From an uncultured Verrucomicrobiae bacterium (GTDB taxonomy: Bacteria > Verrucomicrobiota > Verrucomicrobiia > Chthoniobacterales > JAFAMB01): a DNA stretch of 64,000 nt. The stretch is taken from positions 1-64,000 of the forward strand of contig CAVXLD010000004.1 in the NCBI GenBank assembly GCA_963762565.1. The letters are read 5' to 3'. This document shows positions 30,341 through 42,046 of the stretch, piece after piece. A model generated the notes under the pieces. It was not told the origin of the DNA, did not search any database, and saw only the letters and a list, made by a program, of their open reading frames with translations. Within the stretch, counting starts at the first letter, position 1. Every line of letters starts with the position of its first letter. Made by a program: the position numbers and the translations under genes.

Positions 30341-31714
30341 ATGCCGAATCGCGCTAAAATCCTGATTGCTGATGATCAGTCGGAGTTATTGAGCGCACTC
30401 TCATTCATTTGTTCTGCGGAAGGGTACCACACGACCGGTGTTGAAAGCCCGGAGGCCGCGATCGCTGCGCTGGGTAAGAGCGAGTTCGATCTGCTATTGA
30501 TGGACATGAATTATCATCCGGACCGAACCTCGGGTCAGGATGGTCTGGATTTACTCAGACGGGTCCAGCAGATTGATCCCTCACTACCAGTGGTTGTGAT
30601 GACCGCCTGGGCGTCGATTCCACTCGCCGTCGAAGCGGTTCAGGCGGGGGCTCGAGATTTTCTCCAAAAGCCATGGGAGAACGAACGGCTTCTATCGATC
30701 GTAAGGAACCAAATTCAGTTGCGCGCGGCCTTGAAAGGCAAAGAGCGGCTGGAAGCGGAAAATCTGGTGCTGAGAAACGCCCAAAATCCAATCTCCGATT
30801 TTGTGGCGTTATCGCCCTCTATGCAGGAGGTGCAACGAATCGTGGAACAGGTGGCGCCGTCCGAAGCAAACATTTTGATCACGGGCGAGAATGGCACCGG
30901 AAAAGGGGTTGTCGCGAGAATGCTTCACCGGCTATCAAGCCGGGTACAGCAGCCATTGATCAGCGTCAACATGGGCGGTATCCCGGAAACGTTGTTCGAA
31001 AGTGAAATGTTCGGACATGTTAAGGGTGCGTTCACAGATGCCCGATCCGATCGGGTGGGTCGATTCGAACTTGCAGACGGCGGGACGCTATTCCTCGACG
31101 AGATCGCCAACCTAACCGGCTCCCAACAAGCCAAGATCCTGCGAGTATTAGAGACCGGCGAATTCGAGCGAGTCGGTTCTTCCCGGACGCAGAAAGCGAA
31201 TGCGCGGCTGCTTAGCGCGACCAACTCTGACCTAATCAAGGACATCGAAGCGGGAAAATTTCGAGAGGACCTTTACTTCCGTTTGAATACTATTCAGATC
31301 CATCTACCTCCTGTCCGCGAACGCCGAGAGGACATTCCGGCACTAACAAAAGTATTCTTGGATGAACTCGCTGTGCGTTACCGCAAAAAAATCCGCGAGA
31401 TCTCCTCTCAGGCATTGGATGCGCTGTGCCAACACAACTGGCCGGGAAATGTTCGTGAACTTCGGCACGTCATGGAGAGAGCCGTCCTATTGTCGCGGTC
31501 CGATGTTATTCAACCCGGAGACCTCGGCCTACAGACGGCGCAGCAAAGCCGAGCGAACCTTTTGGAAGAAATGGATCTCGAGTCGGTAGAAGCGCATCTC
31601 ATCAGAAAAGCGCTCGACCGGCACAACGGAAACGCGATTACTGCCGCTAAAGCCCTGGGATTGAGCCGGAGCGCCTTTTATCGGCGCCTCCAGAAGTACA
31701 ACATCAGCGGATAA
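30341..31714 (+). CDS. Sigma-54-dependent response regulator (NtrC family)
   Basis: REC domain, GENGTGK, GAFTDA, WPGNVREL and a Fis-type HTH. Confidence 0.94.
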   Translation: MPNRAKILIADDQSELLSALSFICSAEGYHTTGVESPEAAIAALGKSEFDLLLMDMNYHPDRTSGQDGLDLLRRVQQIDPSLPVVVMTAWASIPLAVEAVQAGARDFLQKPWENERLLSIVRNQIQLRAALKGKERLEAENLVLRNAQNPISDFVALSPSMQEVQRIVEQVAPSEANILITGENGTGKGVVARMLHRLSSRVQQPLISVNMGGIPETLFESEMFGHVKGAFTDARSDRVGRFELADGGTLFLDEIANLTGSQQAKILRVLETGEFERVGSSRTQKANARLLSATNSDLIKDIEAGKFREDLYFRLNTIQIHLPPVRERREDIPALTKVFLDELAVRYRKKIREISSQALDALCQHNWPGNVRELRHVMERAVLLSRSDVIQPGDLGLQTAQQSRANLLEEMDLESVEAHLIRKALDRHNGNAITAAKALGLSRSAFYRRLQKYNISG

Positions 31715-31722
31715 GGCCTAAG

Positions 31723-31999
31723 AATTCCACCACAGAGACACAGAGGCCACGGAGGAAGAACCAACCGCAGATGGACGCAGATTTACGCAGATAAACGCAG
31801 GGCTTCGGTTACTGTTGATCCTAATTCTACCGCGAAGGATTTCTTGCTGCCGATTTCAGACCTCGGGCCGAAAAAGCAAATCCAGTGACAGTTCAGCTAG
31901 CCGGTTAGAATCCGCCCTGACCCTGCGAGGCGAACGAAGGGAACCCCCTGTATCTGCGTCCATCTGCGGTTCCTCCCTCTGTGTCTCTGTGGTGAAATT
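31723..31999. repeat. Nested inverted nonamer tracts (CACAGAGAC and CGCAGATNN)
   Basis: caccacagagacacagag...accgcagatggacgcagat versus atctgcgtccatctgcggt...ctctgtgtctctgtggtg. Confidence 0.88.
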
Positions 32000-32086
32000 T
32001 CATGTTCCCAGGGGTTCACGCAAAACCACTGGTCCCGGCCTCGGTCTTGTGCTTTGGTGGTAATTTACGGGTTTTTACTTTTACCG

Positions 32087-34993
32087 ATGGCTGCGGAGAA
32101 TATTCGCATTGTAGGCGCTCGCCAGCACAACCTTAAAGGAGTTAACGTCGAGTTTCCGCGAGAAAGACTGGTTGTCATAACCGGTATGAGCGGATCAGGC
32201 AAGTCCTCGCTCGCTTTCGATACGCTCTACGCAGAAGGACAGCGCCGATACGTGGAGAGTCTCTCCGCGTACGCCCGGCAATTCCTCGATAAGATGGAAA
32301 AGCCGGATGTCGACTTCATTGAGGGTTTGTCTCCGGCGATTGCCATCGAGCAGCGCGGATCGGTGGCGAACCCGAGGTCGACTATCGCGACCACCACGGA
32401 AATTTATGACTATCTGCGGCTCCTTTTTTCGGCGATTGGCCAACCGCATGATCCGGCTACCGGGGAAAAAATCTTTAAACAGACGCCCCAACAAATCGTT
32501 GATCAAATTCTGACTTACCCGGAGGAAACCAGGTTCCTGGTCATCGCGCCTGTGGTCCGCCATGAGGTAGGAGAGTTCCGTGATGTTTTGGAAAAGATCC
32601 GCCGAGAAGGTTTTGTTCGAGTCCGAATCGACGGAGAGATCTTTGAGCTAGCCCGGCCTGAACCGATTCGCCTCGCGAAAGATAGCCGCCATACGATCGA
32701 GATCGTCGTTGACAGGTTGGTGTTGCGGGAAGGAGTCCGGACCCGTTTGGCCGACTCAATCGACACTGCTTTAAAATGGGGCGCCAATCGAATCGTTATC
32801 AGCCGGCAACTGCCAAATACGGAAGACTGGGAGGAACTAGCCTACTCGACCGAATTTTGTAATCCGAAGACTGAGTTCATTTTACAGGAACTCACGCCTA
32901 AGCATTTCTCGTTCAACAGCTTAGCTGGAGCCTGCCCGAATTGCCAAGGACTCGGTTCGGTCAGCTATTTCGATCCCGAACTTGTGATTCCCGATCAGGC
33001 TCGACCCTTGGGGGATGGTGCCATTGCGCCCTGGCGTAAAGCTAGCAAACGCATCCATGCCTACCACCAAGCCCTGCTCGGCTCTTTGGTGGAGGCTTAC
33101 AAGGGCAATCTAGAATCGCCGTTCGCTGATTTGTCCGCTAATTGCCGGGAGGCCGTATTATATGGCACCGGTGAGCTGGCGCTGCGATTTAAGTTCGGAA
33201 GCCGAGATGTCGAAAAACCCTTCGAAGGTGTTCTGGCTCAGCTGGAGCAATTGAAAAGAAACACCGAAAGCGAATTTACTCGTGCCCGCTTAAAGAGCTT
33301 CCAAGGCAGACAGCCGTGCGAAGTTTGTAAGGGAGCACGGCTACGCCCGGAAATTCTGGCGGTCACAATCGAAAACTCCAAGGGTTTCGAGGTAAACATT
33401 CATCAATTTTGCCAGTTAACGATTGAAAACGCGCTAGGCTTCCTGGCCGAGATTGCCCTTTCTAAGCATCAGAAACATGTAGCGGCCGAGGTGCTCAGGG
33501 AGATCACGGCCCGGCTACGTTTTCTAGCTGAGGTAGGCCTTGGATATCTTACTTTGAATCGGGAGAGTGGAACACTTTCCGGCGGTGAAGCCCAGCGTAT
33601 CCGGCTGGGCACCCAAATCGGGTCGGGACTAGCCGGCGTCCTCTATGTCTTGGATGAGCCTAGCATCGGTTTACATCAACGCGACAACGATCGCCTGATC
33701 CAGACCCTGAAGCGGCTTCGGGATATGGGAAATACCGTAGTCGTGGTCGAGCACGACGAAGACACCATTCGCGCCGCTGACTATGTGATCGATCTTGGAC
33801 CGGGCGCCGGGCCACGCGGAGGTCAGATCGTAGCAGCCGGCTCTGTTGCCGATATCGAAGCCAGCGAAGAATCTCTAACCGGCCAATACCTCAAAGGAGC
33901 GCTCCAAATACCGGTGCCGCGATCTCGGGTGCGGCCGCGCGGAACATTGTACAATCGCGGCCGCTTGCCGGACCCGGGCGCCGAAGGTTGGCTGACGGTG
34001 ACGGGCGCTCGGGAAAACAACCTGCGGAACCTCACCATCTCTTTTCCCTTAGGCTGCTTGGTGTGTGTAACCGGCGTTTCCGGCAGCGGCAAATCAACCT
34101 TGGTCGATGACATTCTCCGGCGGGCACTATTCCGGCACTTTTATCAGTCTAAAGATAAACCTGGCGCACACGACCGCCTACTCGGGTTAGACCAAGTCGA
34201 CAAAGCCATTGTCATCGACCAAAGTCCGATTGGTCGTACGCCACGCTCGAACGCCGCGACCTACTCAGGAGCGTTTGGTCCTATCCGCGAGCTGTTCAGT
34301 CAATTGCCTACCGCCCGGATACGCGGTTACGACAGCGGACGGTTTAGCTTTAACCTGAAGGGCGGTCGCTGCGAGAATTGTCAGGGCGACGGGTTAATCA
34401 AAATCGAGATGCATTTTCTCGCGGATGTCTACGTCGAGTGCGAGATCTGTCGCGGGGCCCGCTATAACCGCGAGACCCTGGAAATCACGTATCGTGGAAA
34501 AAATATCGCCGATATCCTGGCGATGTCGGTTGATGAAGCCGCCAGGTTCTTCCGCAACGTGCCCGCGATTTACGACCGTTTGGAACCGCTTGTGGATGTT
34601 GGCCTTGGATACCTGACGCTGGGTCAGTCTGGCACCCAACTTTCCGGAGGCGAAGCGCAACGGGTAAAATTGGCTGCCGAACTCGCCAAAAAAGCGACCG
34701 GACGCACAATGTACATCCTGGATGAACCGACGACCGGTCTCCACTTCGCGGATATCCGCCAATTGCTCGACGTGCTGATAAAGCTTCGGAACCAAGGAAA
34801 TACTTTGATCGTGATTGAGCATAACCTCGAAGTGATTAAAACCGCGGATTGGGTTATCGATCTGGGACCGGAAGGCGGTGTCGACGGCGGACTGGTGATC
34901 GCTCAAGGTCCGCCGGAATACATTGCTGAGGTAGAAGCCAGCCACACCGGGCGGTATCTACGGAGAATGTTCGAACAATGCACGGGCTCGTAG
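32087..34993 (+). CDS. uvrA: Excinuclease ABC subunit A
   Basis: GARQHNLK, two Walker A motifs (GSGKS), two LSGGEAQR motifs and zinc fingers. Confidence 0.97.
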   Translation: MAAENIRIVGARQHNLKGVNVEFPRERLVVITGMSGSGKSSLAFDTLYAEGQRRYVESLSAYARQFLDKMEKPDVDFIEGLSPAIAIEQRGSVANPRSTIATTTEIYDYLRLLFSAIGQPHDPATGEKIFKQTPQQIVDQILTYPEETRFLVIAPVVRHEVGEFRDVLEKIRREGFVRVRIDGEIFELARPEPIRLAKDSRHTIEIVVDRLVLREGVRTRLADSIDTALKWGANRIVISRQLPNTEDWEELAYSTEFCNPKTEFILQELTPKHFSFNSLAGACPNCQGLGSVSYFDPELVIPDQARPLGDGAIAPWRKASKRIHAYHQALLGSLVEAYKGNLESPFADLSANCREAVLYGTGELALRFKFGSRDVEKPFEGVLAQLEQLKRNTESEFTRARLKSFQGRQPCEVCKGARLRPEILAVTIENSKGFEVNIHQFCQLTIENALGFLAEIALSKHQKHVAAEVLREITARLRFLAEVGLGYLTLNRESGTLSGGEAQRIRLGTQIGSGLAGVLYVLDEPSIGLHQRDNDRLIQTLKRLRDMGNTVVVVEHDEDTIRAADYVIDLGPGAGPRGGQIVAAGSVADIEASEESLTGQYLKGALQIPVPRSRVRPRGTLYNRGRLPDPGAEGWLTVTGARENNLRNLTISFPLGCLVCVTGVSGSGKSTLVDDILRRALFRHFYQSKDKPGAHDRLLGLDQVDKAIVIDQSPIGRTPRSNAATYSGAFGPIRELFSQLPTARIRGYDSGRFSFNLKGGRCENCQGDGLIKIEMHFLADVYVECEICRGARYNRETLEITYRGKNIADILAMSVDEAARFFRNVPAIYDRLEPLVDVGLGYLTLGQSGTQLSGGEAQRVKLAAELAKKATGRTMYILDEPTTGLHFADIRQLLDVLIKLRNQGNTLIVIEHNLEVIKTADWVIDLGPEGGVDGGLVIAQGPPEYIAEVEASHTGRYLRRMFEQCTGS

Positions 34994-35011
34994 AGGAGCG
35001 AACGGAAAATT

Positions 35012-35135
35012 CGGGAGGGCGCGCGTCCCCGCGCGCCGCGAGGGCGCGTCTCAATGCAAAGGTGTATTTTCGTCGGCAATTATGCAACGCCCTCGGCTTC
35101 GGTAACAACGGATCGCGAGGACGCGATCCCTCCCG
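35012..35135 (+). repeat. Family D REP doublet
   Basis: gggagggcgcgcgtccccgcgcgccgc-N70-ggatcgcgaggacgcgatccctccc. Confidence 0.9.
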
Positions 35136-35139
35136 AGCA

Positions 35140-37608
35140 ATGGGCCCGCGTTCACGACGAGGTACAACACTCGCCGCCATCTTCTGTTGCCTCACTCTTC
35201 TCCCGATCATTGCTTGCGCGGACCTATACGACGAAGCGGTTCAGGCCGACCAGGAAGGAATTCCCGAGGTCAGTATTGTAAAGCTTCGCAGCTATCTAGC
35301 TGCGCCCGGCGCCCAGCACGTCGCTGAAGCAAAGCTTTTGTTGGCCAAATGTTACCTATCCACTAGACAGCCAGCTAAAGCCCTTGAGGTCCTGGATGCG
35401 CCCGCTTTGAATTCAATCGTCGGGCGCAGCTTCCGCGCTGAGGCATTGCTACGTTCCGGTCGCTGGAAAGAGGCCGAAATGATGTGGACAGAGATTTTGC
35501 GGGATCCGAGTGTTGCGGGTAACGCCGTCGACGCCCGGCTCGGCCTCGCAGAGGCACAGCAACAGTTAGGCGCTACTCGCGAAGCTTTGCAGACGTTATC
35601 GCCGCTCGTCAACGATCAAGCTCTGGCCGATGCCAGGCCATTTTTGCTGGCGGCAGAATTGGAATTGCAACTCTCTGATTTTAAGACAGCCCAAGATCTA
35701 CTGGCCAAGGTCAACCAACCCGACCCGTTGCAAGCGGCCAGAAAAGAGGCGTTATCCGGCCGTCTTTCGCTGGTAACAAGCGATCTGGACGCGGCCCAGA
35801 AAAGCTTTAATCAGGTGTTAGCGTCTGAACCAGGACAAGATTCGCGCGTTGCCACTATCGCTCACCTCGGATTAGCGAACGTTTACATCGCCCGAAAAGA
35901 GTATGAGGAAGCCGAATCGATTGTCGAAAAGATCATCGGCGAGCAGCCTCAGACTGAGAATCTGCCAGACCTTTTTCAGGCCTTATATTCTATCTATCTG
36001 CTCGAGCAAACTCCTTCGCTGGATGATCTCACCCGCTGGTCACAGGAAGATCCTAAACAGGTCGGCTCGGACAGGCCCGTATTGGCCCAATTCTACCTTG
36101 GCAAGCTTGAACTTACGATCGGTTCGCACACTAACGGGCTAAATTTACTGAGGCAGTTCATTGCGGACCACGCCAGCCATCCACTGGCCGGGGCGGCGGC
36201 TATCGCGCTGGCTCAACAATTGGATGCAGATGGAAATTTCGGGGAAGCGGTTGGGATCGCGAACCAATGGCTAGCCGCGAATCCCCGTGCCAATCCCGCA
36301 GAACAAGCCGGCGTGCAGGGAGTTTTAGCGGACGCTTTGGTGCAGGGAAAGAATTTCACTTCCGCATTCGATCTGTACACACGACTCAGTCAAGAACCTG
36401 GCCCCGACCAGAGCCGCTTTTTGTATAATGCCGCCACCTGCGCGCTCCGACTTGGTAACGAGGCTCTCTACCGCCAATCGTTCGAAGCCTTGGCTAGCTT
36501 ACCCAACACTGAATCCGAGCGCGCAGCTCTAGAGTTCGAAAAAGCGATGATAGAAGCTAAAACCGGGAGCGCATTAGCAGAAAAAAACTTGCGCCAATTT
36601 CTGGTCGATTTTCCGGAGGATCCTTATAAGCCTCAAGTTCATCTCGCCTTGGCTGAAATCGCTTTCACCCAGTCTCCTTCGGATCGCAGCCGGCTAAAAT
36701 CCGAACTGACCCAAGTGTCAACTGACGATAGCGTCACCCAAGAAGAGAAGGCGCGACTCGAATTTTTTGCTGCCGCCGAAGACCAGCATCAGCCGATTAC
36801 CGCGGTGTCTCGCCTCGCTCAGGATTTTCTGCAAAAATATCCTCACTCGCGTTTCAGACCGGAGATCCGGATCAAACTCGGAGAGGTTTATTTCCGCCAA
36901 GACGATTATCCAAATGCCCAGACCCAGTTCGAACTAGTCGCTGAAGAGGACCCTGACTCACCGCTTTTGGAAACCGCTCTATTTCTGGCAGGTGAAGCCG
37001 CTCGAAAGAGCATGAATTCTTCGTCGATGGACCATGCAGTCCAGCTGTTTGAGGAGGTTTACAAACTTAACGGTCCACTGCGTTACCGGGCACGCCTCGA
37101 ACAGGCATTGACCAAGAGACAGGCTCTGCAGGATCGGGAAGCGATTATCCTGCTAAACGATCTACTGAATCAGACCATTCCCGTGGACATCCGTTGCGAA
37201 GCAATGGACGCCAAAGGAGATGCTCAGTTCACCTTGGGACCAAAGGATGAAGCCGAGTACCGCGAAGCCATCAAGACCTTCGATTCGTTGGCCGGGCTGG
37301 AGGGAGTCTCGGCGGTTTGCCGGCAGAGCGCCCTATACAAAAAGGCAAAATGCTACGAGAAAATCGGGCAATGGGATGATGCCTTAGCCGCTTACTATGA
37401 CGTCCTGAGCATTGACTACGGAGCACCCGGCGAAATCTGGTATTTCCGAGCGGGATTCGATGCCGCCCAGATTCTGGAGTCCAAAAAATCTTGGGCATCG
37501 GCCGCTGCTATCTATCAAAAGCTGGCCGCAATTCCGAGTAGTCGAGCCGAAGAAGCCAAGAATCGCCTGACGCGTTTGCGGCTGGAACACTTTCTTTGGC
37601 CCGAATAA
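35140..37608 (+). CDS. Secreted tetratricopeptide-repeat protein
   Basis: Signal-like segment after the ATG at 35140 and many TPR-like helices. Confidence 0.85.
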   Translation: MGPRSRRGTTLAAIFCCLTLLPIIACADLYDEAVQADQEGIPEVSIVKLRSYLAAPGAQHVAEAKLLLAKCYLSTRQPAKALEVLDAPALNSIVGRSFRAEALLRSGRWKEAEMMWTEILRDPSVAGNAVDARLGLAEAQQQLGATREALQTLSPLVNDQALADARPFLLAAELELQLSDFKTAQDLLAKVNQPDPLQAARKEALSGRLSLVTSDLDAAQKSFNQVLASEPGQDSRVATIAHLGLANVYIARKEYEEAESIVEKIIGEQPQTENLPDLFQALYSIYLLEQTPSLDDLTRWSQEDPKQVGSDRPVLAQFYLGKLELTIGSHTNGLNLLRQFIADHASHPLAGAAAIALAQQLDADGNFGEAVGIANQWLAANPRANPAEQAGVQGVLADALVQGKNFTSAFDLYTRLSQEPGPDQSRFLYNAATCALRLGNEALYRQSFEALASLPNTESERAALEFEKAMIEAKTGSALAEKNLRQFLVDFPEDPYKPQVHLALAEIAFTQSPSDRSRLKSELTQVSTDDSVTQEEKARLEFFAAAEDQHQPITAVSRLAQDFLQKYPHSRFRPEIRIKLGEVYFRQDDYPNAQTQFELVAEEDPDSPLLETALFLAGEAARKSMNSSSMDHAVQLFEEVYKLNGPLRYRARLEQALTKRQALQDREAIILLNDLLNQTIPVDIRCEAMDAKGDAQFTLGPKDEAEYREAIKTFDSLAGLEGVSAVCRQSALYKKAKCYEKIGQWDDALAAYYDVLSIDYGAPGEIWYFRAGFDAAQILESKKSWASAAAIYQKLAAIPSSRAEEAKNRLTRLRLEHFLWPE

Positions 37609-37623
37609 TGCAGGGAGTGAAAG

Positions 37624-37899
37624 ATGATTGGTGATTAGTGAATGGCAATTGGTGGGGCTGATGGCTGGTAGGGCGAGGCTCCCGAAAGAGCGGGGGATTA
37701 ACCAAGGCTCAGCTGCTTAACCTTACCAATCAACAAGCGAGGCCTTTAAAACGCGCCGAGCCATGGTCTATCATGGGCCACGGCTCGGCGCGTCCCTCGG
37801 CCTCGCCCAACGATCGGTCCAGTACAGGCAATTTTCCCTTGATTAACTGCTGGGTCTTTCGGGGAGCCTCGCCCTCCCAATCACCAATCACCAATCACC
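37624..37899 (+). repeat. Family A element (37667-37878) between inverted GTGATTG/ACCAATC heptamer tracts
   Basis: Terminal inverted repeats and two 70-nt inserts; close copy at 38951-39226. Confidence 0.92.
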
Positions 37900-37907
37900 T
37901 TTCACGA

Positions 37908-38954
37908 ATGCCGCCCATTACCTCAGCGCCGTCGAAAACCCAGAGCTCGCCTGGCCACTGGCGCGCCACCGTCTGGACCTGGGTTCGCCGTAACGGTTTT
38001 GTCCTTGGGCTATTCACTGCGGTCATCATCGCTTTTTTGTTCCCGCAACCAGGCTCGAGAAAAGGGTGGTTACATCCCGAATTAATCAGCGATTTCGGCA
38101 TCGCGTTGATTCTGTTTCTGCAGGGCCTCTCAATGCCTCTGGAGAAAGTTAAACGCGGCGCAGGAAATTGGCGGCTGCATGTGACTATTCAGGTCTTTAC
38201 ATTCGTCATTTTTCCAATTGTCGGTCTCGCTTTTCAGCTGGTAGAGCCGCACATCTGGATCAACGAACCGCGCGGAATCCAAGAAGGTTTCCTGTATTTG
38301 TGTGTCTTACCTTCAACGGTATCAACGTCTGTTGTGTTAACCTCGGTCGCACGAGGAAATACTGCCGCTGCGATTCTTAGCGCTGCGTTTTCGAACATCG
38401 TCGGTGTCGTGCTGACGCCCTTGTTGGTTAGCTTCTTAATGCAGGCCACCGGCCAATCGGGCCCGATCGGCCCGCTTCTGTTTCAGATAACCTGTTTGAC
38501 GCTTCTTCCGTTCGCCGTGGGAGTTGGCCTTCGACGTTTTATCCAGGCTTGGATCGACGCCAACAAAGCATGGGTTAATCTGATCTGTAATTCCGTAATT
38601 CTATTTATTGTTTATACTGCGTTCTGCGACTCCGTGAGCGAACGAATCTGGGATAAATACGGCCTCGTTCTTACCGTGGGAGTACTTCTATCTGTCGTCC
38701 TCCTCTTCGCAATCATGTCGCTGTTGATTTATCTGACTTCCTTAGCCGCGAAGTTCAACCGGGAAGACGGGATCGCCGTTTACTTTTGTTCGGTGAAGAA
38801 AACGCTCGCCATGGGAGTGCCATTGGCAATGCTGATTTTCGGGTCTCGCGCTGACCTCAGCCTAATTCTTTTGCCGATCATGTTTTACCACCCACTGCAG
38901 TTGTTTGTGAACGGCCTGCTAGCGAACAGGTGGGCGCGTGAAGCGAAAACGTGA
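37908..38954 (+). CDS. Bile acid:sodium symporter family (SBF-like) protein
   Basis: LPSTVSTSV...ARGN, CSVKKTLAMG and YHPLQL motifs. Confidence 0.88.
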   Translation: MPPITSAPSKTQSSPGHWRATVWTWVRRNGFVLGLFTAVIIAFLFPQPGSRKGWLHPELISDFGIALILFLQGLSMPLEKVKRGAGNWRLHVTIQVFTFVIFPIVGLAFQLVEPHIWINEPRGIQEGFLYLCVLPSTVSTSVVLTSVARGNTAAAILSAAFSNIVGVVLTPLLVSFLMQATGQSGPIGPLLFQITCLTLLPFAVGVGLRRFIQAWIDANKAWVNLICNSVILFIVYTAFCDSVSERIWDKYGLVLTVGVLLSVVLLFAIMSLLIYLTSLAAKFNREDGIAVYFCSVKKTLAMGVPLAMLIFGSRADLSLILLPIMFYHPLQLFVNGLLANRWAREAKT

Positions 38955-39226
38955 TTGGTGATTAGTGATTGGTGGTTGGTGGGGCTGATGGCTGGTAGGG
39001 AGAGGCTCCCGAAAGAGCGAGGGATTGACCAAGGCTCAGCTAAGTAAACCTCACCAATCAACAAGCGAGGTCTATTAAGCGCGCCGAGCCGTGGTCTATC
39101 GTGGGTCACGGCTCGGCGCGACTCTCGGCCCCGCTCAACGACTGGTCCAGTGCAGGCAGTGTTCCCTTGATTAAGCGCTGGGTCTTTCGGGGAGCCTCGC
39201 CCTACCAATCACCAATCACCAATCAC
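38951..39226 (+). repeat. Family A element (38994-39206) between inverted heptamer tracts
   Basis: Same structure as 37624-37899; both tracts overlap the stop codons of the flanking genes. Confidence 0.92.
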
Positions 39227-39789
39227 GTCTCCCCGCCCCTCACTTCACCTGCAATCCCGCCGCATGCCTGCAACATCTCAGGCATCTCCCGGGGCGAGAC
39301 CACGACCGCGCCGGCTTTGGTTTGAAGATAGATCGCTTTTTGGAGCGTGGTGCAGGCGACGTGGAATTGTTCCTGGCGTCGTCGAGATCGACCGCCCGGA
39401 GTTTCCGGTGGTCGGGTGACGATCGCCCGGTATCGACCGTGAAAACCGAAGGGTCCATACGCACCAATCGCTTGAAAAGCAAAGGCCCGGCGAAGTGGTT
39501 GACGCTTCATTGCAATCTCGTCGACACCCAATATTTCGTAACTTTTATTGACTCCCAAACGACGCACGATCACTAAGGTGCTTCCGTCCACCCTATATTC
39601 GCGCGTTGAGGTCGCCCAGCTGATAAAGATCAACACCGCGCAAACTATCGCTAGCGCATAAAGGAGGACCGCTAATGGAGAAACATGCCCAAATCCGATC
39701 CAAAGGAATACGATCGGTGGGACAAAAATCGCCACCGTTATAACATTCGCCCAAAAGCTGAGCGGAGCCGGCCGAAAACGCATCCCCAA
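39223..39789 (-). CDS. Membrane protein with a bacterial PH-like domain
   Basis: Two TM helices, GPFGFHGRY and VVVSP motifs. Confidence 0.65.
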   Translation of the reverse strand: MGMRFRPAPLSFWANVITVAIFVPPIVFLWIGFGHVSPLAVLLYALAIVCAVLIFISWATSTREYRVDGSTLVIVRRLGVNKSYEILGVDEIAMKRQPLRRAFAFQAIGAYGPFGFHGRYRAIVTRPPETPGGRSRRRQEQFHVACTTLQKAIYLQTKAGAVVVSPREMPEMLQACGGIAGEVRGGET

Positions 39790-39862
39790 TGCCTTAGCAG
39801 TAACGCACCTTACTGCAACTCACTTGTGAGGGGATTCGTGGCCCGTCGCACGGGGTGAGCCA

Positions 39863-40066
39863 AGTAATCAGTAAGACAGTAATCAGTGGTTAAGACGAAG
39901 CCGCGATAGGAGTAAGGCCAAGCCGTAACCAAGCTTTGTTGTTGAGGCGAGCCGCAAGTGCCGCTTAAGATTGATGCAGGATCCCTCAGCGTCTCAAAAA
40001 AATGGCTGGAGCGAGTGCCATCGAATGGATGCATGCCTTTCCACTGATTACTGATTGCTGATTACT
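39863..40066. repeat. Inverted heptamer tracts (CAGTAAT / ATTACTG)
   Basis: 39863-39886 versus 40043-40066; the same unit also occurs at 58456-58482. Confidence 0.7.
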
Positions 40067-40108
40067 GCTTGCTGGCGCGCCTCTCACCTTCACCTCTCAA
40101 CCTCTCCA

Positions 40109-42040
40109 ATGAAATTACTCGACTTCATCCTCGGCCGTCCGCTGGCAACCAGTGAAGACCAGCAAGAACGAGTTGGTTCAATCTCAGGTGTCTCGGTATT
40201 CGGTCTGGATGCGCTAAGCTCCGCGGCTTACGGACCGGAAGCGGCGCTCACTGTCTTGATCCCTCTGGGTGCGGTAGGGCTCGGTTTCGGGCTCCCCATT
40301 ACGATCGCGGTCTCCGCTATTCTGGCCATCGTTTATTTCAGTTATCGCCAGACAATCGCCGCTTACCCGGGCGGCGCAGGCTCCTACACAGTAGCCAAGG
40401 AGAATCTCGGTGATCGAGCCGGTTTGCTAGGCGCGGCCGCGTTAATGATTGATTACACACTAAATGTAGCAGTCGGTATTTCAGCCGGAATTGGCGCTCT
40501 GGTTTCCGCGTTCCCGGCGCTGCAGCCTTACACGGTCTGGCTGTGCTTAGGGGTGCTGGCGTTGCTCTCTTTCATGAATCTTCGCGGACTACGCGAATCC
40601 GGTCTCGCGTTCCTGCCGCCGACCTATCTTTTCGTTTTTACCCTGGGGATCGTGATCATCCTGGGAGTATTCCAGTCGCTGATTACCGGGCAACACCCGC
40701 AAGCAGTTATACCGCCGCCATCCGCCCCACAGGTAACAACAACAATTTCGCTCTGGCTTTTCCTCAAAGCGTTCGCTGCCGGCTGCACCGCTATGACCGG
40801 CGTGGAAGCCGTAAGCAATGGAGTACAAGCGTTCCGAGAACCGGTCGTAGGATCGGCTCGCAAGACGCTAACCCTTATCGTTGCCATCTTAATCCTGCTG
40901 CTGATCGGCGTGGCTTACCTCGTACAGGTATATCACATCAATGCCACCGACCCAGGATCGAGCCAGTATCAGAGTATCTTGTCCATGATGACTCAGGCCG
41001 TGGTCGGCCGCGGAGTCTTTTACTATATAACCATGGCTGCCGTGCTGTTAGTGCTCTGTCTTTCGGCGAACACTTCTTTTGCTGATTTCCCCCGGGTCTG
41101 CCGGACGATCGCTCAAGACGGCTATCTTCCTTATTCGTTCACCGTACGTGGCCGGCGCTTGGTCTTTACCGAAGGGATCATCTTACTGACGATATTGTCC
41201 GGTATCTTATTGTTTGTTTTCAACGGAGTAACCGACCGGCTGATCCCGCTGTTCGCAGTTGGGGCGTTCCTGGCGTTCACTTTGTCGCAAGCCGGCATGG
41301 TGATGCATTGGCTGAGAAAGAAGCAGCCAGGGGTAACCGGCAGCGTGATCCTTAATGCCATTGGAGCAGTCGCGACCGGTGTCACGTTTTTCATCGTCAT
41401 CGTTACGAAATTCGCTGAAGGCGCTTGGTTAGTGCTCCTGGTGCTGCCGGGTTTATACCTCTTCATGTTACTGATTCACCGCCATTACACGAAAGTTGGC
41501 GAAGAGCTCACGCTCACCCATGCGATCAAACTGAAACGGCCGCGCCCAATGATGGCGGTAATCCCGATCATGACCCTCAATTCGCTGGCCGAAAAAGCAC
41601 TGCAAATCGCGTACAGTCTCTCAGAAGAGGTAAGCGTCATTCATATTCAGCGGGAAAACAGCCAGCAAGATTTCTGCGAGGAATGGGAAAAACAGATTCA
41701 ACCCGCTATCAGCCAGGTTAACTTGCCGTTGCCACATCTGGAAGTAATCGAATCACCTTATCGACATGTGGTCGCTCCGACGCTGGATTACATCTGGCGC
41801 TTAGAGAAAGATAACCCGGACCGCACGATCGCTGTCCTGATCCCACAGTTAATCGAATCGCATTGGTACTACAGCTTTTTGCATAATCAGCGGGCAAGGA
41901 TCCTTCGGTCCGTCCTTCTGCTTAAAAGCATGAATCGTATCGTGATTGTGAACGTGCCTTGGCACATCCAAAAGCGAGATCCGGTCCGGCAAGCGACCAA
42001 AGCGCTTTGGGAAAAGTCGCCTTGTTGGCTGGACAATTGA
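40109..42040 (+). CDS. APC family permease, KimA/YdaO-like
   Basis: GLDALSSAAYGPE, AMTGVEAVSNG, LIPLFAVG, ESPYR and LHNQ motifs. Confidence 0.88.
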   Translation: MKLLDFILGRPLATSEDQQERVGSISGVSVFGLDALSSAAYGPEAALTVLIPLGAVGLGFGLPITIAVSAILAIVYFSYRQTIAAYPGGAGSYTVAKENLGDRAGLLGAAALMIDYTLNVAVGISAGIGALVSAFPALQPYTVWLCLGVLALLSFMNLRGLRESGLAFLPPTYLFVFTLGIVIILGVFQSLITGQHPQAVIPPPSAPQVTTTISLWLFLKAFAAGCTAMTGVEAVSNGVQAFREPVVGSARKTLTLIVAILILLLIGVAYLVQVYHINATDPGSSQYQSILSMMTQAVVGRGVFYYITMAAVLLVLCLSANTSFADFPRVCRTIAQDGYLPYSFTVRGRRLVFTEGIILLTILSGILLFVFNGVTDRLIPLFAVGAFLAFTLSQAGMVMHWLRKKQPGVTGSVILNAIGAVATGVTFFIVIVTKFAEGAWLVLLVLPGLYLFMLLIHRHYTKVGEELTLTHAIKLKRPRPMMAVIPIMTLNSLAEKALQIAYSLSEEVSVIHIQRENSQQDFCEEWEKQIQPAISQVNLPLPHLEVIESPYRHVVAPTLDYIWRLEKDNPDRTIAVLIPQLIESHWYYSFLHNQRARILRSVLLLKSMNRIVIVNVPWHIQKRDPVRQATKALWEKSPCWLDN

Positions 42041-42046
42041 GGTGGC

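Noticed and set aside
34978..35139. N-terminal ORF extensions (also at 37773, 47420, 21085, 45593, 63007, 9410, 16052)
   Set aside because: They are read-through of repeats or antisense to neighbouring genes; better downstream starts exist.
39800..40108. c-di-AMP (ydaO) riboswitch upstream of the KimA-like permease
   Set aside because: The conserved motifs are not recognisable, and the region is bounded by heptamer tracts.
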